64,000 nt of DNA from a virus: the IMG/VR virus record IMGVR_UViG_3300030390_002408; one strand, written 5' to 3'. Position numbers and translations under genes: made by a program. The stretch's first letter is position 1. Every line of letters starts with the position of its first letter. Positions 9,695-21,500 of this stretch are shown here, piece by piece. The notes under the pieces are model-generated. The model had not been told where the DNA came from. It ran no database searches and saw only the letters and a program-made list of their open reading frames with translations.

Positions 9695-10489
9695 CTATTT
9701 TAAAAATTGATTAATTCTCATTTGGGCTTCTTCTTTAGACATAGTATATTCAATTACATCATCTATAAACTCATCATTTAACATTGATTGAATTTCACCT
9801 CTATCTTTGGCATTATTTTCTTCTGATTTCTTCTGTTGAGCAGGTGTTTTAGGTTTAGTTCCTTTGGGGGTAAATGGGGTTAGATATTTTTGTATTATTT
9901 TATCTATATCCTTAATCTTATCATCTAATGTATTGGCAACTGCTACAAAATTAGAGCCAAATAAATTGGCATATTTTTCTAGGTTTTGGGTTACACTCTT
10001 CCAAGTTCTCATTACAATAGCTGGAGCTAAACTTCTATCTTCACCTTTGGATTTTTCAAATCTATTTTGATTTTGTTGGAGTGATCTTTCTAAATCCGTA
10101 TAAACATAAAGCATAAATACATTGTATCCTGCTTCTTCTAACTGTAATTTTAATTCTGAAGTTTGTTTAAATGAAGCTGCTGTACCATCTAGTATAAATG
10201 ACTCTTTACCTTCAATTGTAGATTGAATATTACCTTTAAATTCTTTATTAGCATCAGCCATGGATTTAGCTTGACTACTTCTTTCTTCAGGGGTTGCATT
10301 TTTTAAATCTAATGTAATGTTAGCTTTTTTTAGCTTATCTATAAAGATACTATCAATATTTAATATTTTTATTCCCCCTAAATCTAAACCTTTAAGTACA
10401 TATCCTTTACCTGCTCCCGGGGCCCCAGCTAATATAATTGCTTTGGGGTTACCTTGAGATTCTTTTAGTAATTGAACTAAACTTATCAT
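9695..10489 (-). CDS. P-loop kinase (zeta-toxin/AAA_33-like)
   Basis: ILAGAPGAGKG Walker A; FILDGT; GYNVFMLYV; short leader MISLVQLLKE. Confidence 0.8.
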   Translation of the reverse strand: MISLVQLLKESQGNPKAIILAGAPGAGKGYVLKGLDLGGIKILNIDSIFIDKLKKANITLDLKNATPEERSSQAKSMADANKEFKGNIQSTIEGKESFILDGTAASFKQTSELKLQLEEAGYNVFMLYVYTDLERSLQQNQNRFEKSKGEDRSLAPAIVMRTWKSVTQNLEKYANLFGSNFVAVANTLDDKIKDIDKIIQKYLTPFTPKGTKPKTPAQQKKSEENNAKDRGEIQSMLNDEFIDDVIEYTMSKEEAQMRINQFLK

Positions 10490-10543
10490 TTGTTTCTTTT
10501 GTTATAAATATACGAAAGGGTATGGAGGGAAACAAAAATAGTA

Positions 10544-11314
10544 TTATTTCATTTTTGCAGTAGTTTTGAAGGATTGTTCAAATGGTTTCTGTTTTGGATT
10601 TTCTAAATCAAATAATTTTTTCACTGTAGAAAATATATCTAAATTTTCTTCATATGAACGAGGTGATTCATACATTTCCCAACCTTTACCTTGCATTTTA
10701 CCCTTAGCAGGTTTTCTTTTATTTGATTTTAACCATAAAATTCCAAACCTATCAGGACGTACCCCAAAACATTCTTCATAACATTTACCATAAATAGCTG
10801 CTTGTAAGTCATAAGTGGTTTGAAGGTGGTTTGATGTTTTAAAATCAATAATCCATATTTCCTTATTAATCTCACAAACTAAATCACACGTTCCTGCAAC
10901 TTTTAACTCATCTGAAAATAAATGTACTTCTGCTTTTAATAAAGTTGGATTATACTCTTCCCACCAATCCACAAATTTAAGAAACATTTGCCATACTTTA
11001 GGTGTGAATTGAGGATAACCGTAATCATTTAAAAAATTTAATTCTTCCCCACCTAAATAAGATTCAATCATTTCATGAACTTGGGTACCTTCTTCTGCAG
11101 ATTTTTTAACTATATAATCAGCACTATATCCTACTTTTTTTAACCAATCTTCAAAAAATTTACCTTTTGGATAGGTTCCTAAAACATGAGTTATAGATGG
11201 ATAATATTCACCATTTCTTTGATAATACCTAGAATCTGGTAGGGTGATTTGTTTTGAATCTTCTGAAATTTGGAGAATTCTTTGATGGGTAGTTTTAATT
11301 GTTTTTTTCTTCAT
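10544..11314 (-). CDS. PD-(D/E)XK exonuclease (Cas4/RecB-like phage nuclease)
   Basis: YPSITHVL; GTQVH; AGTCDL...IIDFKTS; LQAAIY. Confidence 0.85.
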   Translation of the reverse strand: MKKKTIKTTHQRILQISEDSKQITLPDSRYYQRNGEYYPSITHVLGTYPKGKFFEDWLKKVGYSADYIVKKSAEEGTQVHEMIESYLGGEELNFLNDYGYPQFTPKVWQMFLKFVDWWEEYNPTLLKAEVHLFSDELKVAGTCDLVCEINKEIWIIDFKTSNHLQTTYDLQAAIYGKCYEECFGVRPDRFGILWLKSNKRKPAKGKMQGKGWEMYESPRSYEENLDIFSTVKKLFDLENPKQKPFEQSFKTTAKMK

Positions 11315-12237
11315 ATTAATTGCAATTTCTTCCCCATAAGTTCATATTGTGTTAATGGGAAAGTATTTTGAATTAGGTTAGTAAAATGAGAGAACCCCAT
11401 TTCACTTGGATCTTTTCCTTCTAATTCTACAAGGTAAACTTCTTTACCCTCATTCATAAATTCTTCAGCGAATTTAAGTGATTGTTTCATAGCATCATTA
11501 TCTAAAGCTATGTATATTTTTTTAACAGTTGAAGTAACTATTTTTTTCATTAAGTTTTTCTGTATATTCTTGCCTAATAGCGGTATAGCATTTCTTTTAA
11601 TAGCCATGGCATCAAAGGGTCCTTCGCACAGTATCAACGGTAATTCCCAATTAATAAACAACTCAAATGGTATAATATCTCGAGATGTTTCTGGATTTCT
11701 ATATTTTATATATGGGTTTTGTTGAAATGATCTACCTGTAAAATAATTTAAATTACCTACTTCATCATATGAAGGTATAATAATCATACTAGCATATCTT
11801 CCTGTAGAGCAGAATCCTATATTATATTTTTCAATATCATCTTTAGTTACTCCTCTTTTTCTTAAATATGAAAAAGCATGTTTAGCTAAAATGTCAGTGT
11901 TACCTATTATTTTTTGATATTCTTTAGGCAATTCTAACTTTTCAAATTTTATAACTTCATTTGACTCTCTTTCTTCACCTACTAATTTAATTAATTCTTG
12001 GTGTTTTTCAAATGATGCCCCTGCTTTTTTAAACAGTTGAGATATTCTACTTCCCTTTTTATTACAAACCCAACAATGCCAAGGGTTATAACCTTTTTTA
12101 TTTTCAGTAAAATTAACTTCTAGTTTGGGTTTTGAGTGGTTACAGTAGGGACAATGATAAGCTTGATTACCTCTAGCTGTTCTTTTTCCGGGTGTTAGTA
12201 CAGAATTAACTAGATTAACTAGAAGTTCATTTATCAT
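11311..12237 (-). CDS. DNA primase (Zn finger + TOPRIM)
   Basis: CPYC..H...HCWVC; LCEGPFDA; IALDND; KDPSE. Confidence 0.9.
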   Translation of the reverse strand: MINELLVNLVNSVLTPGKRTARGNQAYHCPYCNHSKPKLEVNFTENKKGYNPWHCWVCNKKGSRISQLFKKAGASFEKHQELIKLVGEERESNEVIKFEKLELPKEYQKIIGNTDILAKHAFSYLRKRGVTKDDIEKYNIGFCSTGRYASMIIIPSYDEVGNLNYFTGRSFQQNPYIKYRNPETSRDIIPFELFINWELPLILCEGPFDAMAIKRNAIPLLGKNIQKNLMKKIVTSTVKKIYIALDNDAMKQSLKFAEEFMNEGKEVYLVELEGKDPSEMGFSHFTNLIQNTFPLTQYELMGKKLQLI

Positions 12238-12258
12238 ATGGGGGAAGATACGAATGGA

Positions 12259-12714
12259 TTATTGTGCATCCAAGTCTTTTGTGAAGAACTTTCCTAAAAT
12301 ATTATCATTAAAAAATTCATCAGGTTTTTCTAAAACTTGATAAACAAATAAATACTTAGTTTCATAATAAGTTAATAACTTTTTTGTAGGGGCAACTGAA
12401 ATTATATTTCTTGTAAAATTTTCATTAGGTTCTGTTTTTATTAATTCTAATAAAGTTTTATTTGAACCCCAATATGTTTTCCAATCAGATTCTTTTGATG
12501 TTCTCTTATATGAAGGTTTTCTCCCTTTAGTATTCTCATATAACTCTAAATCTTTTTTAGTTAATTTAACTTTTTTATTATGTACTAATACTTTTTTACC
12601 AATGTAAGATTTACCAGTAGGTGTGTGTGTTATTCTATATACAAACCCAAATGTATTATCTGGGAATTGAGTAACTTCATTGATGGTTTCTCCATTTTTA
12701 TAATTCCAACTCAT
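12259..12714 (-). CDS. GIY-YIG nuclease family protein
   Basis: GFVYRIT...SYIGKK; YWGS; C-terminal N. Confidence 0.8.
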   Translation of the reverse strand: MSWNYKNGETINEVTQFPDNTFGFVYRITHTPTGKSYIGKKVLVHNKKVKLTKKDLELYENTKGRKPSYKRTSKESDWKTYWGSNKTLLELIKTEPNENFTRNIISVAPTKKLLTYYETKYLFVYQVLEKPDEFFNDNILGKFFTKDLDAQ

Positions 12715-13757
12715 TATGTGTCAAAGTTTACAATTATTGTAGTATCCACAAATTGGGAAACAGGTACGGGCATTGATAATTTACCTACTACTAATAATTC
12801 ATTTACTTCGTTATACAGTCCTACAGTAGTTACATAAGGTGTAAATTCTGATCCTGTAGCGAAGTTATAGTATACATCATCAAAACTCCCTGATAATATT
12901 GAGGGATTTTGAGAGTAACCATACTCATTATCTAATATTCTACATTTGTATTGGTTTTCATATATTCTTACTGATGAAGAGTATGATAAATTTATTTTTT
13001 CTAATACTTGATATGTTAAATCTTCATCTATTAATCTTCCTATAGGGGCTAAGGCACCTGTTGTAAAAGTAGCTAAACCATGAGAGTAAAATATTTGCCC
13101 TACTACATCATTTAAATTTCCTATTGGTGATGATGGAGTACTAGATCCATAAGTACTTGTACCATAAGTTCCAGTTCCATATTGTCCCGTAGCAAGTAAA
13201 CCTGAGGATGTATTTGATAAAATTAAATTGCCTTCTCCATCATCTTTAATTTCATACCCATTACCTTCTGAAGAAGTGTAGTTAAATCCAAAAGTTTGAG
13301 GAACAATATTATTCCCATATAGTTTAGTAGGAATAGAAACAACAGAAATTTCACCCCCAGAGCTAGTAGGAAAATATCTTGATTGAGTTAAAGTGGTTTG
13401 TAAGTAGTTTTCATAACGAGGAGCATTTATTTCTCCAACATAATCATCATACTCAGGGGTTGCCCCGGGTATAACACTTTGGGTGGGTACTGTATCTCCT
13501 CTACTTGAACTTAAATAGTTAGAGTAGTATAGATGTTTTATACTATAGTATATTCCTGTTGTATTTTCAGGATAAACTATACCTGTAGGAGTTGAGGTAG
13601 TTGTTGAAAATAGATTTGAGGTTGGTTTTACCCCCGAATAAATTTCAATCCCAACATCTGAACCCGTAATTTGACTCCCAATAAATGTAAATTTCTTATT
13701 AGGGTCAAATGGAGTTATAGTAACATCTTTGGTTGTAAATTGTTTGTAAGCGCTCAT
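12714..13757 (-). CDS. Baseplate/tail structural protein
   Basis: C-terminal PYVTTVGLYNEVNELLVVGKLS, paralogous to the next gene; structural operon context. Confidence 0.65.
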   Translation of the reverse strand: MSAYKQFTTKDVTITPFDPNKKFTFIGSQITGSDVGIEIYSGVKPTSNLFSTTTSTPTGIVYPENTTGIYYSIKHLYYSNYLSSSRGDTVPTQSVIPGATPEYDDYVGEINAPRYENYLQTTLTQSRYFPTSSGGEISVVSIPTKLYGNNIVPQTFGFNYTSSEGNGYEIKDDGEGNLILSNTSSGLLATGQYGTGTYGTSTYGSSTPSSPIGNLNDVVGQIFYSHGLATFTTGALAPIGRLIDEDLTYQVLEKINLSYSSSVRIYENQYKCRILDNEYGYSQNPSILSGSFDDVYYNFATGSEFTPYVTTVGLYNEVNELLVVGKLSMPVPVSQFVDTTIIVNFDT

Positions 13758-13762
13758 TCATT

Positions 13763-14818
13763 TTAGAAGTCTAGTTTAACTCTTACAAGTAACTCTTTTG
13801 TAAAGTTTTTTGGTAAAGGTCTTGATAATTTGGCAACTGCTAGTAATTCGTTATTATCATTATATAAACCTACAGTTGTTATATATGAAGTTGGATCATC
13901 AACAAAACTATCAAATAATACTGCTCCTGTAGATCCTGATATAAATGATGGATTTTCTGAGTAGTTGAATTCTGCGTTTCTTGCTCTAACAAATATGAAA
14001 TTTGAAGATAAAGACTCTTCACTGTTTAATTTAAAATTTTTAGTATCATCAACAACACTAGCTGCTGAACTACTAATAGCATTAAATAATTTTCTAGGAT
14101 TTTCTTTTTTGGTATTTCCTGGATTTTGGGCTGTATTTAATGAAATACCACCATCACCTGGAATTCCATCTAAAGCTGGACCACTTAATAATATAGTACC
14201 TATATCTGGGAGGAATAAACCATATGATCCTGAATTTTCACTCCAACCTGCTGGAGAGTTGATGCCTGAAGTTTTAACCCCATCATTTATAGATCCTGAA
14301 ACTATGTTATAAACTCTACCGGCATCTGTAAATGTAACAGAAGATTGAATTGAACTATCATCAATCAAAGATAATTCATCTGAACCTACTTTTAAATGTA
14401 TTTCGGTAGCTCCGGGTAGTAATTTTTCTTTATATCTTGCTCTTTCAATACTTAAAGCATAAAAATACTCTACTTCTTGATTTCCAAAAATAAATTTAGC
14501 ATTTTCATCTCCTAAAATTAATGATCTATATTGACCATAATTAGTTCTTGTTGGAGTATTACCTACTACTAAAGGATTATAATATTGACTCCCACTACCC
14601 TTAGAATCACAATATGCTATGTCAAATTGAACAGATGACTCTGCAGATCCTGTTTCTGATTGGTATACATGATAATAAAATTGACCTGTGGTAGAGTCTG
14701 TTTGTATAGAAGAAGTAAAATAGGTTCCTAAACTTGGAGAATTATTACTCCAAACTGTTGCTGTTACAGAGTCTGTACTTACTACTAAATCTTCTGGATC
14801 GAATCTTTTAAATCCCAT
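13763..14818 (-). CDS. Baseplate/tail structural protein
   Basis: SYITTVGLYNDNNELLAVAKLSRPL...VRVKLDF. Confidence 0.65.
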   Translation of the reverse strand: MGFKRFDPEDLVVSTDSVTATVWSNNSPSLGTYFTSSIQTDSTTGQFYYHVYQSETGSAESSVQFDIAYCDSKGSGSQYYNPLVVGNTPTRTNYGQYRSLILGDENAKFIFGNQEVEYFYALSIERARYKEKLLPGATEIHLKVGSDELSLIDDSSIQSSVTFTDAGRVYNIVSGSINDGVKTSGINSPAGWSENSGSYGLFLPDIGTILLSGPALDGIPGDGGISLNTAQNPGNTKKENPRKLFNAISSSAASVVDDTKNFKLNSEESLSSNFIFVRARNAEFNYSENPSFISGSTGAVLFDSFVDDPTSYITTVGLYNDNNELLAVAKLSRPLPKNFTKELLVRVKLDF

Positions 14819-14831
14819 TTTTTAATTATTT

Positions 14832-15491
14832 TTAAAGTGATGTTTTATTTATAGATACAGGGATTTGTAATCTTGCTCCACTATCTCTACCTACTATAGT
14901 TAAAGTAGCGTATAATACTTCATTAGTACCAAATAATGTATTTATTCCTGTTGCTCTCATTGTTAATGTAGTACCAATTACTGTTTTAGAAACATTAGTT
15001 CCATTAGTAGTTGTTGAATTAAGAGCTTGTGCCTGTGTAGTATCAATTCCTGTTCCTTCAAATGATGAAAATAATCTTGCATCCGAAATTGTAAAAGTAT
15101 ATCCTGAAGATTCAAATACTTGATTACTATCTAAGTAATTGAGTGTTTGTGGAGTAAGTCCTTTTTCAGCTGTTTGTTTCAATATAATACTAGTTTGACC
15201 TAAGTCAAGTATAGGCATTTTAGCTGTCCCTCTAGGAAGTGTAGCTAATTTATATTTCATTATTTGAGTTTCATCAGGGAATGCTTCTAGGATTGGCATA
15301 TTTTCAATAGCTTCTCCATAAAATGCTGAACCTGAAGGATGTGATGGGTTGTAAATTGTGTAATCAATTTCATCATCAGATAAAGCAAATTGAGTGATTT
15401 GGAATGAACCATCTCCTCTTGCTAAGAGTTCTCTTCCTTTTTTTGTTAAAATAGCATCTATAGTTACTACTTGATTATTTAAATATCCCAT
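14832..15491 (-). CDS. Baseplate/tail-collar-like structural protein
   Basis: DAILTKKGRELLA...ITQFALSDDEIDY; late motif upstream. Confidence 0.6.
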   Translation of the reverse strand: MGYLNNQVVTIDAILTKKGRELLARGDGSFQITQFALSDDEIDYTIYNPSHPSGSAFYGEAIENMPILEAFPDETQIMKYKLATLPRGTAKMPILDLGQTSIILKQTAEKGLTPQTLNYLDSNQVFESSGYTFTISDARLFSSFEGTGIDTTQAQALNSTTTNGTNVSKTVIGTTLTMRATGINTLFGTNEVLYATLTIVGRDSGARLQIPVSINKTSL

Positions 15492-15510
15492 TACTTAATT
15501 GTTATTTTGT

Positions 15511-15519
15511 TTATAAATA
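15511..15519 (-). promoter_or_regulatory. Putative late promoter motif TATTTATAA (representative copy)
   Basis: Same motif at about 389, 5222, 10502, 25945, 28435, 31295, 40160, 45403, 63061, each 8-35 nt before an ATG. Confidence 0.7.
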
Positions 15520-15558
15520 TATAATATTTTTACTTTTATTCCAAGCTATTTTTTAAAT

Positions 15559-18500
15559 CTAATCAAATGTATTAGTTCCTTTAAGTTGTGATATTAAAGT
15601 TAATGCATTTTTCTTTTGAGTTGGTGTACAATCATTTGGTACTATATACCCTTCCCCTGTTGGAGTATTAGCTCCATCTGAGTTGATTGGTGGGGATTGA
15701 AATATAAGTACTTTATTATCAGCTTGGACTCTTCTTCTAATTGTGAAATTATAAACAAATTGCAGTTCAAGAGGGGGTGGTGGTGTTACTATTAACATAT
15801 CAAATACACTATCTGGGGTGAAATCCCAAGTGATTGCAGGGTTGGAGGGAGAACCTCCACTAAATCCCGCGGGGAAATCACCATAATTAATAGGTTGTCC
15901 TGGGGAATCATCAAAAGTTGTTCTCACATGGATTGGAGGATTAGATGATTGTCCTACCTTTAAAATAGTACAATTATATACTTCGGGGGATGGGGTATCA
16001 GGCTGCTTATTATATGTTATTCTTAATTCATCCCCAGCTTTTATGGTGAATATTTCATTAGGGTCCTCATAGGAACCCTCAAATGATTGTGAAACATTAA
16101 ATTTAAAATAGTTTTGGATTTCTTTAAAAGGTTTTTCATCATATGTTTCTGTACCAAGATCATAACCTATGTAAGGTGTAAATCCTATTGAACCTACAGT
16201 ACTTGAATAATATTCGGAATTGTATACTGGGGGTGAGGAAGAAAATCCGAAATTAGTTATCCCTCCAGGAATTGTAGTTCGATCGTATGGGAAATAAGGT
16301 AATCTTGGGAAAGGGGTTAGGAGTGTGGTATTTAGAGTATTTATTAATGCCAATGATGCTCCATTTATATGTATTTCAGTATTTGCGGGGAAGGAATTTT
16401 TAATTTGAAGAGATTGGGTTAAACTCATATTCCCTCCGGCTAAATAAAACTTATGGGCGTTTTCATAACCAAAAACTCCAGAGTAATTAGGATCTTTTAT
16501 CATCCAATATGATAAATCCTTATGGGTTTTACTAGGTGAAAATGTGGTAGGGGTAGGGTTAAGGGGGAAATCTCCATCTAAATTACCATCTCTACCTTTA
16601 ACATTTAAACAGTAACTAGCAGTTATATAATTTTGAGTAGATAAATACTCTGTTTTTGATTTTTCAGTTCCGTTAATTAAATTATATTCTAATCCACCTT
16701 GATAAATTTTATTTAATCCTATAGGTAAAATAGATAAGTCAACCCCATTTGCTGTAAGAGTATCATAACTAATTAAAGCTTCTCTACCAGGTTCAAATAC
16801 ATTACTAGTTTCATATAAATTATCATTACTACCATCTAACTTTATAATTTTAGGTATTGAGGTAGACTCTTCATCTCCTGTTATATCTTCAAAAGGTAAA
16901 CCTATTAAAGCATCAACTTTAAATAAGTAAGAGTCAAATAACTCTTTACTCTCATTTGAAGATTTAAAGTGAGCAAAGAAAATTGGATTTTTATCTACTA
17001 CTGCAGTAGGACCAAATGACTCATCTCCATTATAACTCCCAGTATCACCATTTAAAAATGTTATAGATGATGATGGATTAGTTGGAAAATTATAATCTGC
17101 ACTTTGTAGTCTACTACCTTCATATCTAGGTCTAGTTACTCTTCTCATAGTGTAATTACTATCAGGAGTATTTGCTTTAATTGCGGAATTTGTTTTAATT
17201 AAATCTAAATTGATTGGGGTAGAAGCATCAGTACTATAATCTACATCCTGTAGGAATGTGTTTGGTCTATTTAAGATAACATTATTAATAGTAGCATTAT
17301 AAATTGAATTATCAAATGGAAAAGATGATAATGGAATTTGTAATGGAGTTAGAGAAGATGCAGTAGTATTTACTAATATAATAGTTTCTGAAGGGTCAGA
17401 GAATATTTTAAAAGGGTTATAAAATAATGATTGGGTAGTTGCTGTAATAATTGAACCACTATAAGCACCATCATAAAATTCTTTTTCAGTATCTTCTATA
17501 ATAGTTTGTAAACCCAATACAGTATCAAAAGTATTATTGTAAGATTGTGTTACAGGGACAGAACCAAAAGCCTGTGAGCCCAATGGTTTTATGTCATCTT
17601 TAGCAGGAATAGAAGATGTTAATTCTAAATTTTTAAATACTAAAGGAGTATTATAATCATTTGGGTATACAGCTACTGTAGTTTTATTTGTTATACTTGG
17701 TGGAGTAAATCTATTTCGCTCCAACATATGCTGTTTAATAATAATTCCAGTAGATACACTAGTACGCGCGGGTACATAAGCTTTAATTGCCTTGAATAGT
17801 GAATTATCTACATACTTTATTAATCTAATGTAATCATAAATATTTCCTTCAGTGTACTTTTGAAAGAAATACTCTGCAGATTTTTTTAATTGTGGGTAGT
17901 AATCAGATGATGAAGATATAAATCTTGGATCTGCTAAAGCATCACTAATAAGACCATACCCAAATGCTTGAATTATATCATCATTAACATTATCTTGTGG
18001 GGAAAATGCTACTTCTAAACTTGTAATATCTTCAGTGTAACTTCTACTAATTTCATAATCTTGCTCTATACTAATAGTATTAGATAAAACATTACCAAAA
18101 TTATCATTATTAACTACCTCAATTTTGTTTGAAATTCTATTTCTAGAGCCAATTTGGGGTTGATCTAAAAAGTAGGTTTCAGTATTAGGTTGACTGAAGG
18201 TTCTTGTAGTTTCATTTTCATAATATCGAATATGATAATTACTTGAAGTTACATTCCCATCAGGATTAACAAATGATCCAGTTACTAAAAGATTAGATTT
18301 AGCTGAAACTGCAGGATGAAATGAAGTAAATGACTCTGTATGAGATGAACTTATTGAAGTTTCAAATTTATCTTCTAATTCATTTCCTAAAGGTGCTCTA
18401 AAATTAACTATATCAAATGAGCTTTCAGATCCTGTAATGTTATTTCCCTCGATACTTTCAGGATTCATTACAAAATCATTAAATACTGTTTCAGGAATAT

Positions 18501-21500
18501 CATTAGAATAATATCTAAATTCTTGGAAAGAACCTGAGAACATTTTACCTGAAGAGTTTAAAGTATGAGGGCCTACATTAGACCCACTAACTAATCCTCC
18601 TAAATAAACTCCATCATGAGACCCAGTCCCAAATTTATTCCAAGCTTCATTTATAGAAGAACTTGTAGAACCATCAATTGATATACTAGCACTTCCTTGA
18701 AATGAAATTTGATTTCTATCTTTACCATTATATGTTTTATTTTTTACATATAGGGTATAAGTTGTATTTGTAGTATGAACACTAGCTGATGGGTGAGTAT
18801 CTCTTTGTAACATTAAACTCCACCAACCATTATCATAAAGGGGTAAGTAAATATCATCTGATACTACGGTTCCACCTTCTGAAGGTGACCCTGAAATGTA
18901 AAATCTTACTACACCCCAATCTCTGTAAGTAGTATTATTAGATCCGGAGTAAGTTCCTACTGCTGATCCTGTATAGAATAAACCTACACCAAAATCAAAA
19001 TTAGTGGAAGTTTCATCCCCATCAGATTTTTTAACTGCTAATGATTGACTAAAAAATTCTCCAGCATATGATGATGTAGGGTAACCTGAAGTTTTAAATC
19101 TGAATTGTAAATTATCAGGAACAATATACTTACCATTACCAATAATAGAAACACTTATAATCTCCTCCCCTAAAGAATCATCTTGAACACTTAACCAATC
19201 AAAGGGTGTTACACTTGTTTTAATAAACTTACTATTCCAATCTCCACTTGCGGATTTATTGGCAGGTTTACTAATTAATCCATCATAAACTGAGGATGTT
19301 CTTATCTGATGACCATCAGCTGATCTGCCCCATTGATATAAATCACCATAAGAAGAGGTATCATTATAACTTGTTGCTACTTGGGTTGCACCTAGATTTC
19401 GGTCTAACCATATTTTTTGTGTAGTTGTGTTATACACAAATCCATAGGTTAACCCTAAATATTCAGTAGTTTTACCAGAATAATTATTATCATATCCAGC
19501 TTGTGTAAATGTTCCATCTACTATTAAACGAACAGATTGACCCTGTGCCCGGGATTGAGAGGTAGAAAGAGAAGTTAGATTATTGAAAAAGATGTATCTT
19601 GCATTTGAGCCTATAAGTACATCACTACTCCAATATCTACCCTGACTACCCTCACCACCTAGAAAACCACTATTGGCACTACGATTACCTGCTGATGGTA
19701 ATTTTAATACAGAGGCAAAAGCACCGTCTCTATTTAAACTCCCCCATGAGGAACTTTCATCATCCCATTCAGTTTTAGTAGGGTATCTTAAATTAATATT
19801 TATATATGATACATCAGTTATTCTATTTCTCTCAAGAGGCATCCAAGGTATAATAGCCGATGCACTTGCTACATTTTGATTAGCTATTGGTGAAAAAGCA
19901 TAACTATATCTATTATACCAATAATCATAATCATTAATATTCTTTTTATTTTTACCCCCAAATTCATTTATTCTTAATATAGTATCAGGTATACCCCAAA
20001 TATTAATTAATTGACGTAAACCAGAAACTGTACCTTTCTTTTTAACTAGGTAAGCCATATTATGGTAAAGTCTTTTGTAAATCTCTTTACTAACTTTATC
20101 AATAGGGTATGGAAATCCTTTTTCACCTAACTGCTCAACATAATATAAAAATGAGTAAGAAGGACTCCAGTAATTAACTACTGTACCATTATTAATAGCT
20201 ATGTAGTTATCAATTATTTCATTCCCCGTAGGAGGAACATAACTACCGTCTTCTTCTCCTATTAAACCCATGTAGTTATTTTGGTTATTGAGATTACTCC
20301 CAAAACCTTCATAACCTAAAGATTTAATAGCATCTTGAGATAATTTTAAAGGAATACCTTTATCTAATTCATTAGTTGTATTATTTTTTTCTGTAACTGC
20401 TTTAGTATATAACCATATCTCATCAAAATGCTGACCAGCCATATTAGAAAAATCTATATAGTTGTTATTATCTTGATTATCCCTTATAAATTCTGGGATA
20501 GTGTAGTATAGCCAATTTTGATTAGTATTGTCATATAAAGAAGCACTTAATATAATACCCCCATAGGTAGAAGATCCTTCAATATCACTCCCTAACCATT
20601 GTAATACTTCAGTACTACCTGTATTTTGTAGTGTATGTGGGAAATCTGAACCTGATACCTTAGGGTATGCTGAAGATCCTGATGTGTAAAATAGATGATA
20701 TTCATATCCATCTAAATTCTTAATAATATTTTCAATGTTATTATTAGCCGATGATAATGTTGATATTACTTGTGAAGATCCACTAGTAGATCCTGTAATA
20801 GAGGATTTAATAGTAGCTATATCATCTTCATAAGATTGAATTTGAGATACCTTCTCATAAAAATTTTCTATTCTTTTTTTAGCAGAGGAAAAATTTACAA
20901 ATTCATTAAATGTAGAGAATGAATAATTGGGTGTTATTTTAACACCTTTTTGATTTAATATATTTTGAAGGTTATTATTAGATCCAGTTGTTACAGCATC
21001 TAATAATTCAGATTTTGATTTTAATTCAGTTGAATTATTTACAAAATCCTTTATTTCTAAATTATAATTGGGACCTTTTAAATATTGTACATTATCTAAT
21101 TCTAAATTTGGTGGGGTAAAGAATTTAACACTATAGGCTTGAGTCTCTGCTATTTTAGTTGTAACATAAATTTCATCCTTTATAAAGAATGAATCAGGTA
21201 AAGCATCATATAATTTAATTAAAATTGAATATTGTTCTGTTGAAGTATCTAATAATAAATTAACACCTATGTTATAATTATTCCCTAGTGAAGAAATATA
21301 AAATTCATCAAAATACTCAGCACTATCAACTTTTGATTTTAAAATATTGAATGATGATTCTAAATCTTCATTGGATATAAAGTTAGAATTTAATTTAATT
21401 TCAGTCCTATCTGAGGATATTTCTGATATATATAGTAGATTTGTAGGTGAAGTTGATAATTCATAATTGATAAAATTATAAACAGCATATAAATCCCCAA

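Noticed and set aside
6248-10489. A defined NAD-reconstitution or toxin-antitoxin system
   Set aside because: HxGH and zeta-like motifs alone do not specify a substrate; no recognisable partner enzyme or antitoxin.
12259-12714. Mobile homing endonuclease or intron
   Set aside because: Short stand-alone GIY-YIG gene without DNA-binding repeats; flanking genes are not interrupted.
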